Shown here in pieces: positions 35,313-41,530 of a stretch of 64,000 nt of DNA; the stretch's first letter is position 1, and each line of letters opens with the position of its first letter. This DNA is from an uncultured Wenzhouxiangella sp. (lineage in GTDB: Bacteria > Pseudomonadota > Gammaproteobacteria > Xanthomonadales > Wenzhouxiangellaceae). Below the pieces are notes generated by a model. That model made no database searches. It saw only the letters and a list, made by a program, of their open reading frames with translations, and was not told where the DNA came from. The stretch is taken from the NCBI GenBank assembly GCA_964439915.1, contig CAYTQT010000008.1, forward strand, positions 10,399-74,398, written 5' to 3'. Made by a program: the position numbers and the translations under genes.

Positions 35313-37040
35313 TCAGGAAGCAGGGTCGTGCCGGTGCCGTCTGCGCAGGCTGAGGGTGATCAACAATAGCCCTGCCATCAGCGCCAGGCTGGCCACGAGA
35401 CTCATGCTCGGAACCGGCAGTGTGGGTTGCGGCGGCAGCCCCATCACCGCCACGGCGAGGGACTGACGGTCGACTTCGACTTCGATCGGCCCGCCGGTGG
35501 GCGTGGTCGTCCAGCCCTTGGTGACCTGGGTATCGCGCCAGGCTCTGCGGTAGATCAGACGCGCCGACACTTCGGCGCTGGCGTCCATCTCCAGGCCGCT
35601 CAAATCGAATCGATACTCCGATACATCGGTGGCGCCTGAGGGAATGCGGGTATCGCTGCTGACGCCTTCAGCGTCGATGAACAGGACCGGGCGCACCACC
35701 GGACCTTCGCCGTTGATCCGGCCCTCGAGGACGCGCGCAAAGCCCTTCCCGGGCCGCCCGGCCAGATCATTCGGGTCGCTGCCGCCCTGCGCACTGCCGT
35801 AGAACGGGATGACTTCTCCCCCCGTTTGCCCGAGGGCGCTGCCCCCGATGCTGGCTTCGATGACCAGCAAGGCATTGCGGATGGAAATGCCGGTCGGGAA
35901 GTGGTGGCCGGCGCCGGCGTTGGTGACCGCTGCGGTGACCAGCAGCTCATCGCCGACCTGGCTGGCTTGCAACGACAGGTCGATCGATTCGCTGAGCGTG
36001 GTCGGAGTCGATCCGGTAAAGGTATGGCTGCGCCGCTGGCTGGCGACGCGCTCAGGCTGGCCGCCCAGGGAGGAGATCGGACCGGCGCTCTCGGCGGCCG
36101 GCATGTGACAGTCCTGGCAGGCCATGAACTCCGGCCCCTCGACCGCAAAGGGTGAGGCCAGCCACTCGGTGTAGGTATTCTGGCCAGGTGCGCCGGTCTC
36201 GGGGTTGTTGTACTCGTGACAGGAGGCGCAGAATCTCGATTCGGTGAAGCGCGGCTGGTAGGACGCGCGCATGGTCGAGAAGCTGACGTCGTCGAGCGGA
36301 CCCCAGACCCAGAACTGGGTCGCGAAATCGTCCGGGTAGCGGTACTGGGCGTTGCCCAGATGATGCAGCGCCGAGACGTTCTCGTTGACGTCGGCCATCT
36401 GATGGCAGGCCAGGCAGGTCACCCCATCCAGACCCCCGATCAGTCCCACCTCGTCGAGGAAGACGTTACCCGGATCCTGCATGTCGGCCAGCGGGGTGTG
36501 GCAGGTGGCGCAGAAACCGGTGTCGTCGGGATCGTGCAGATCACGGAAGACATAGCCATTGCTGCCGCCCGGGGTTCCGGTACCCGAGAACAGGTCCAGG
36601 ACCCATTCGTTGACGCCGGCGTTGGAGTGCGTGGACTGCTGCCACTCCTGGTGCTGATCGGCGTGGCAGGCGACGCAGTTGAACGAGCTTCCTGGCTCGT
36701 AGAGTGAGGGTAGATCATCGATCGGCAGGCGCTGCATCGAGATCAGGACATCATCGCCGTCCGCAGCGCTTGCCGAGCCGGTGATGTAGTTGATCTTGCG
36801 CGTCGGGTCATAAGTGGTCACCGCCGTGATCACCGCAGATCCGGCAGGCGTGTCGGTCAGTGTGAACTGGCCGTCGGCGTCGGTCAGGACCGGCTCACCG
36901 GTGGTGGTCTGCACGCGGACCCGCGCGCCTGCCACCGGCAGGCCGCTGTCGGCATCGATCACCTGGCCGGTAATGTCGGGTCGGGCAACGGAGGGCCAGA
37001 ACATAAGCACGGCCACGAAGGCCAGGGTCAGCGTTTTCAT
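35313..37040 (-). CDS. Pentaheme c-type cytochrome with N-terminal carboxypeptidase-regulatory-like domain and C-terminal sorting-signal-like tail
   Basis: Signal peptide MKTLTLAFVAVLMFWPSVA. DITGQVIDADSGLPVAGARVRVQT...DADGQFTL (CarboxypepD_reg-like). Five CxxCH motifs: CVACH, CATCH, CLACH, CASCH, CQDCH. The ATG at 37040 shares one base with the hemJ stop. Confidence 0.8.
   Translation of the reverse strand: MKTLTLAFVAVLMFWPSVARPDITGQVIDADSGLPVAGARVRVQTTTGEPVLTDADGQFTLTDTPAGSAVITAVTTYDPTRKINYITGSASAADGDDVLISMQRLPIDDLPSLYEPGSSFNCVACHADQHQEWQQSTHSNAGVNEWVLDLFSGTGTPGGSNGYVFRDLHDPDDTGFCATCHTPLADMQDPGNVFLDEVGLIGGLDGVTCLACHQMADVNENVSALHHLGNAQYRYPDDFATQFWVWGPLDDVSFSTMRASYQPRFTESRFCASCHEYNNPETGAPGQNTYTEWLASPFAVEGPEFMACQDCHMPAAESAGPISSLGGQPERVASQRRSHTFTGSTPTTLSESIDLSLQASQVGDELLVTAAVTNAGAGHHFPTGISIRNALLVIEASIGGSALGQTGGEVIPFYGSAQGGSDPNDLAGRPGKGFARVLEGRINGEGPVVRPVLFIDAEGVSSDTRIPSGATDVSEYRFDLSGLEMDASAEVSARLIYRRAWRDTQVTKGWTTTPTGGPIEVEVDRQSLAVAVMGLPPQPTLPVPSMSLVASLALMAGLLLITLSLRRRHRHDPAS
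35316..35423 (-). other. C-terminal IPTL-CTERM-like sorting signal of the cytochrome
   Basis: The last 36 aa are TLPVPSMSLVASLALMAGLLLITLSLRRRHRHDPAS: a short P-V-P-S/T-L/M-S motif, a hydrophobic helix and a basic cluster. The same architecture occurs at 15597-15680. Confidence 0.5.
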
Positions 37041-37456
37041 CAAAATGGTTTCAGTACGGCAAGAAGAACGATCAGGATCAGAAACAGGGCGGGCACCTCA
37101 TTGAACAAGCGATAGAAGCGCGACGAGCGTGTGTTGGCGCTTGCTGCAAACTGCCTCACGATACGAATGCAATAGAGATGATAAGCCACCAGGCCTGCGA
37201 CCAGCAAAAGCTTGGCGTGCATCCAGCCCTGGCTCAGCCAGCCGGGGGCGGCCAGCAGGCTGGCCAGTCCGAAGCCGATCGCAAGCGCGCCGCCGATGTG
37301 GGTAATCATCAGCAGCCTGTGCTGCATGACCTTGAACAGGGCCATGGTGTCGGCGGACTGGCCTTCTGCTGCATAGACGAACAGCCGCGGCAGGTAGAAG
37401 AGCCCGGCGAACCAGGTCACCACGAAGATCAGATGAAAGGCTTTGAGCCAGAGCAT
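37040..37456 (-). CDS. hemJ: Protoporphyrinogen IX oxidase HemJ (UPF0093/CopD-like family)
   Basis: 138 aa from MLWLKAFHLIFVVTWFAGLFYLPRLFVY, with a conserved His in helix 1 and four TM helices. Confidence 0.8.
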   Translation of the reverse strand: MLWLKAFHLIFVVTWFAGLFYLPRLFVYAAEGQSADTMALFKVMQHRLLMITHIGGALAIGFGLASLLAAPGWLSQGWMHAKLLLVAGLVAYHLYCIRIVRQFAASANTRSSRFYRLFNEVPALFLILIVLLAVLKPF

Positions 37457-37541
37457 TCCAGAACGGGTGTCGGTGGCGGGACGAGGCGCTATTCTGGCCC
37501 AGCTTGCCGAAGGAAACAAATTTTCTGTTTGTCACTGCGGC

Positions 37542-37571
37542 TTGACTGTTGCTGCAGGCTACGGGTATAAA
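37542..37571 (+). promoter_or_regulatory. Near-consensus sigma70 promoter TTGACT-N18-TATAAA
   Basis: -35 at 37542-37547 and -10 at 37566-37571, in the lower-GC hemJ/erpA intergenic region. Confidence 0.4.
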
Positions 37572-37577
37572 CAGGGC

Positions 37578-37714
37578 GCGCAGAATGTTCTGTTTCCATG
37601 AACGAAACGTTTGCGAAGCATTAAAAGGTGCCGAACGAGTACATCCGAATGAGTGCGCCTGCAATTCCGGTTTGGGGCAATCTGTTGAAGCGGTCCGCAG
37701 GGCCGCTTTTTTTT
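37578..37714 (+). ncRNA. Candidate ~135-nt small RNA or terminator-containing leader upstream of erpA
   Basis: Bounded by the predicted promoter (37542-37571) and an intrinsic terminator (37690-37714). Contains no convincing ORF, only an SD-less 8-codon ATG..TAA at 37598-37624. Confidence 0.3.
37690..37714 (+). terminator. Intrinsic terminator (7-bp GC stem plus T8)
   Basis: gcggtcc-gca-gggccgc followed by tttttttt. Located 78 nt upstream of the erpA ATG. Confidence 0.55.
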
Positions 37715-37791
37715 ATCCGAGTCTTGAACTGTTCACTCGTGGCAATGATTTATACTGGGGTTTCGCGTTTCCTCAAGAATCGGAGTGTTCC

Positions 37792-38133
37792 ATGTCAGAT
37801 TCGCCCCAGATGATCTTTACCGATGCGGCTGCAGCCAAGGTTCGCGAACTGATTCTGGAAGAAGCCAACCCGGAGCTCAAGCTGCGCGTCTACATCACCG
37901 GTGGGGGCTGCTCGGGATTCCAGTACGGTTTTACCTTCGATGAATCCATCGAGGAGGGTGATGTGACCGTTGAGCGTAATGCCGTCACTCTGGTGGTCGA
38001 TCCGCTCAGCTTTCAGTACCTCGAAGGTGCCGAAGTCGACTACAGCGAAAGCCTTCAGGGAGCGCGCTTCGTGATTCGAAATCCGAATGCGGCCACGACC
38101 TGTGGCTGCGGTTCTTCTTTCGGAATGGCCTGA
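37792..38133 (+). CDS. erpA: Iron-sulfur cluster insertion protein ErpA (A-type carrier)
   Basis: 113 aa. [13 protein letters not shown]..., [21 protein letters not shown], and C-terminal CGCGSSF are the A-type carrier Cys ligand motifs. Confidence 0.9.
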   Translation: MSDSPQMIFTDAAAAKVRELILEEANPELKLRVYITGGGCSGFQYGFTFDESIEEGDVTVERNAVTLVVDPLSFQYLEGAEVDYSESLQGARFVIRNPNAATTCGCGSSFGMA

Positions 38134-38167
38134 TCGCACGCCTGCGATGTTCGCGCCCCGGCTGATG

Positions 38168-38453
38168 TTATTAACCCGGCAACCATTCAGATCGCATTCA
38201 CGGCATCAGGAATGGAGCGAATCAAGGCGTCGCTCGCCGGCAAGGGTTGTTTCCTTGGCAAGAGCGAGAACGCAGAGTCGGGCCATTCCTGCTGCCCCTA
38301 ACTTGTTGAATCAAAATGATAGGCCGCGCTGTGCCTGGCAATGGACGGCGTTAGCGAAACTTGCTGTAGAACCACTACAGCGGCGTTCCGCTGCCTTGCC
38401 CTCGTCAGGCGCAGCGCGGCTGAACGCGATCTGAATGGTTGCCGGGTTAATAA
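38168..38453 (+). repeat. 286-bp element bounded by a perfect 28-bp inverted repeat with nested internal helices (MITE-like element or structured RNA)
   Basis: Arms ttattaacccggcaaccattcagatcgc (38168-38195) and its exact reverse complement (38426-38453). Internal pairings are 38207-38215/38283-38291 (9 bp), 38323-38339/38404-38420 (17 bp including 2 G-T) and hairpin 38361-38369/38375-38383. Confidence 0.6.
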
Positions 38454-38472
38454 TCAGGTTGGAGCCGCAGCG

Positions 38473-39291
38473 GTGACCATTCTTGCCATTCTGATCGGGC
38501 TGCTGATCAGCCACTACGCCACGGGCGTGAGACATCTTCGGCGTTTCGAGCCCCTTCTCGCTCCGGCCCGTTGGGCCCATCGAATCTGGCCGCAGCCCTC
38601 GTGGCTGGTCATGCTGGTGATGATCCTGACCTGCCTGCTGGCAGCGGGACTGGCCGAGTGGCTCCTGATCGGCCTGGCCGGAACCCTGGGTTGGTTCGTC
38701 CTGGCGCTGTTCGTGTTCATCTACTGTCTCGGTCCCAGGGATCTGGACAAGGACGTTCAGCTGTTGCTCGAGCGTGGGCCGGACAGTGCGGATCCTGCGG
38801 TGGCCGAGGCCCTGCGCTCCATGCGTCTGCAGCCAGACGCCGACGCGCAGGCGGCATCGGCTGCAGTCCATCATGCCGCCCTGTCGCGCTGGTTCGGGCT
38901 GTTTTTCTGGTTCGTGGTGCTGGGGATTCCCGGCGCATTGCTCTACCGTCTGGTCCGAGCGGGTCTGCAGGGGTCCTTCGACGCCGACTCCAGCGACTGG
39001 TTGGCGCGCCTGCGCCTGGTGCTTGACTGGCCCGTGCTGGTCCTCGTGGTTCTCTCTGCCGGCCTGTGCAGTGATCTCGATCGCGTGATCGATGTCTGGC
39101 GTGATCAACCCGAAGGATCGATGATACGGGGAGTCACGCCGGACCTGCTTGACCGCGTTGCCGGCATCGCTGTGGCGCCCGGAGCACCGGTCACTGACGG
39201 CCTGGCTTCGGCCCACCGGCTGGTGTGGCGAATGCTGATCCTGTGGCTGGTCGTTATGAGCCTGATTCTGATCGCCGGCTGGATGGTCTGA
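38473..39291 (+). CDS. AmpE-like (CobD/AmpE family) inner-membrane protein
   Basis: GTG start giving VTILAILIGLLISHY... Overall layout and the RWFGLFFWFVVLGIPGALLYR segment resemble E. coli AmpE as recalled. The upstream part of the track ORF lies inside the inverted-repeat element. Confidence 0.55.
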   Translation: MTILAILIGLLISHYATGVRHLRRFEPLLAPARWAHRIWPQPSWLVMLVMILTCLLAAGLAEWLLIGLAGTLGWFVLALFVFIYCLGPRDLDKDVQLLLERGPDSADPAVAEALRSMRLQPDADAQAASAAVHHAALSRWFGLFFWFVVLGIPGALLYRLVRAGLQGSFDADSSDWLARLRLVLDWPVLVLVVLSAGLCSDLDRVIDVWRDQPEGSMIRGVTPDLLDRVAGIAVAPGAPVTDGLASAHRLVWRMLILWLVVMSLILIAGWMV

Positions 39292-39380
39292 GCGCAGATC
39301 GCGCGGTTGATTCCCGAGGAATTGACTTTCACGACCCTTGTGAAGTAGTGTGATGCGGTTCACGCTACTAGGGGTTTGAT

Positions 39381-40355
39381 GTGGGGCATTCCGGCGTAGA
39401 CATTCGTCAGATTCTGCTGTCGATGCGCACCCGCCTTGGCGAGCGGGGTATGGGCGAAAAAGTGGAGAAAGCCTGGCTGTACTGGGCCAGGGATTTTCTT
39501 CTCGCTCACCCGGACCGCAAGCCGGATCAACTGGGTGCTGACGACATTCAACGCCATGTCGAGTCGCGGGCTCGCGCGCGGCAGGTCAGCCAGGCGGTGC
39601 AGCACCAGATGATCCGGGCCTGCGTTTTCATGCTGCGCGACGTTCTCGGCTCCGATTCTTCCGAGCTGTCCATGCTCTGGCAATCGACCCGCTCCGCCCC
39701 GAGACCGGTGATCCTGACGCCGGGCCAGGTGCAGACACTTCTCGCTGAGCTCGATGGGCCTTCGTGGTTGATGGCCTCGTTATCCTATGGTGCCGGGCTG
39801 CGGCTTCGGGAGTGCGTGCGGCTGAGAGTTCGTGACATCAAGGACCATCGAATAGTCGTTTGCGATGGCAGTGGTCGGATGCTGCGCGAAACAGTTCTGC
39901 CCGAACGCGTTCGTGACCCTCTGCGCGCTCACCTGGAAAAGCTCAAGATCCGGCACATACGAGAGCTCGCCGACGGATTCGGCGGCGTCCAGTTGCCGCT
40001 GAACTCAGGCGTGCCTGCTTCGTCCGGTCGGTCCTGGGCCTGGCAATTCCTGTTTCCCGGCCCCTACATGAGTGATTCCGGCGGGCCGGTTTCTCATGCC
40101 CTGCGCACACACACAAGCCCGATGGAGATTCGCCAGGCCATCGAGCAGGCCGCGCGCATGGCCGAAATCGACCGACCGATGTCGGAAAATATCCTGCGCA
40201 ACAGCTTTGCGGCGCATCTGCTCCAGCGCGGCGTGGCCATGGCCGATGTGGAAAGACTGCTCGGCGTGGGTCCGACTGATCAAAGCCAACGCGCCAACGC
40301 GCCGACGGTGTCCAGAGCCGCAACAAAAATGGATCGCTCAGCGGCCGGCTTCTGA
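39381..40355 (+). CDS. Integron-integrase-like tyrosine recombinase homologue lacking the catalytic Tyr and both His residues (probably inactive)
   Basis: Collinear with IntI1 as recalled, including the IntI-specific insertion (..GVQLP....SWAWQFLFP..). GLRLRE keeps Arg I and ILRNSF keeps Arg II, but HxxR is NxxR, LLGHS is LLGVG, and the Tyr position reads QRANAP. Confidence 0.65.
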   Translation: MGHSGVDIRQILLSMRTRLGERGMGEKVEKAWLYWARDFLLAHPDRKPDQLGADDIQRHVESRARARQVSQAVQHQMIRACVFMLRDVLGSDSSELSMLWQSTRSAPRPVILTPGQVQTLLAELDGPSWLMASLSYGAGLRLRECVRLRVRDIKDHRIVVCDGSGRMLRETVLPERVRDPLRAHLEKLKIRHIRELADGFGGVQLPLNSGVPASSGRSWAWQFLFPGPYMSDSGGPVSHALRTHTSPMEIRQAIEQAARMAEIDRPMSENILRNSFAAHLLQRGVAMADVERLLGVGPTDQSQRANAPTVSRAATKMDRSAAGF

Positions 40356-40381
40356 TCGCTGCGGTTCGCATCGGGCTCGTA

Positions 40382-41530
40382 TCAGCGGGGGCGTCTCCGC
40401 GAATCGACGGTCTGATCGGCATAGCCGCTCAACTCCATGTAGCCGCGGCCGATCGGGCGCTCACCCTCGCCTTGCCGAATATCGACCATGCCTTCCCAGT
40501 AGGGTACGGAGGCGCGCCAGCGCTGATTGTCGAAGGCCGCATCGACGAGCAGATCGATGCCGTGTTCCGGCACCTCGATGCGCCAGCTCAGGGGCCATTC
40601 CACCCCCTCCTGGTCGCGCCAGTACCGGTCGCTGCGGGCTGAAAAGTCACTGGCTTCCAGAATGCTGTAACGGCCGTCGGGCCAGACCAGGCTGCCGGCG
40701 GAAAACTCCGACGCACTCCCATCGTGGTGCCGCAGACGATAGACCATCAGATCCCGACCATCGTCGAGCTGCAGAGCAAACCAGTCCCAGCCAGCCAGGC
40801 TCTCATCGAGCTGGCCGGAGCCCCACTCCCGGTCCAGCCAGGCCAGTCCGCTGACCTCGCCCGACCAGTCGCCAACCGACAGATGACCGCTGGCATTCAG
40901 CCGTGTGTGGGAGTAATAGCGTGACGCCTGACCGGGCTTAGGTCCCTTCCTGCTGAAGCCATCGCGCCCCTGCAGGACCTTGCTGCGATCCGGAACGAGT
41001 TCCAGGGACAGACCCATGGCGTTGGCCATGGCTTCGAGCTGCCAGCCCGGATCCATGGCATCGACCCGCCATGACCCCAGCCACCAGCGTTCGGTGCTGG
41101 CGCCGGCCAGGCCGAGGGCGTCGCGGGCAAAACGTTCTTCGCTATGGAACTGCTCATTGGCGTGATCGCTGATGGCAAAGTGGGCCATCCACAGGTGCTC
41201 GCTGTCCCAGGCCGAACCGGTCGCCTCGGAGTCACCCAGCTTGAAGCGAAACAGCGTGTACTGAAAACCGAAGCGGCGACCGTCGGCCGAGGCCAGATTG
41301 CCGGTGAAATACCACCATTCGTTGCGGTAGGCATCGTGGCTGGCATGATCGGCGGGAAAGGTCAGGGGAACGGGTCCGGTGACCCGCTCGACATCGGCGG
41401 CGTCCCCGCCGAGAACAGCAGACAGGGCAATCGGATCCGCTCGGTGGGCCGGCTCATGGGTCTGCAGCTCCAGCCAGAGCAGAAGGCCGGCGATGACAAG
41501 ACAGAGGAGGATCGGGATCGGGCGCATCAT
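40382..41530 (-). CDS. AttH / CrtC-like lipocalin-fold protein (carotenoid 1,2-hydratase superfamily), N-terminal membrane anchor
   Basis: 382 aa from MMRPIPILLCLVIAGLLLWL. FPADHASHDAYRNEWWYFTGNL, WMAHFAISD, YYSHTRL and WLDREWGS match the AttH/CrtC pattern. ATGA overlap with the permease stop at 41527-41530. Confidence 0.7.
   Translation of the reverse strand: MMRPIPILLCLVIAGLLLWLELQTHEPAHRADPIALSAVLGGDAADVERVTGPVPLTFPADHASHDAYRNEWWYFTGNLASADGRRFGFQYTLFRFKLGDSEATGSAWDSEHLWMAHFAISDHANEQFHSEERFARDALGLAGASTERWWLGSWRVDAMDPGWQLEAMANAMGLSLELVPDRSKVLQGRDGFSRKGPKPGQASRYYSHTRLNASGHLSVGDWSGEVSGLAWLDREWGSGQLDESLAGWDWFALQLDDGRDLMVYRLRHHDGSASEFSAGSLVWPDGRYSILEASDFSARSDRYWRDQEGVEWPLSWRIEVPEHGIDLLVDAAFDNQRWRASVPYWEGMVDIRQGEGERPIGRGYMELSGYADQTVDSRRRPR

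Noticed and set aside
37598-37624. 8-codon mini-ORF (MNETFAKH) inside the erpA upstream RNA candidate, considered as a leader peptide.
   Set aside because: It has no Shine-Dalgarno and no run of regulatory codons, so it is most likely chance. It is mentioned only as part of the leader finding.
38134-39380. Functional integron platform (attI plus attC cassettes) upstream of the intI-like gene.
   Set aside because: The integrase homologue lacks the catalytic Tyr. The 28-bp repeat arms do not fit the RYYYAAC / GTTRRRY core sites when read by eye. The enclosed unit (286 bp) is larger than typical attC sites. The only gene in the interval (ampE-like) is on the same strand as the intI-like gene, the wrong orientation for a cassette. 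An attC covariance-model search is still needed for certainty.
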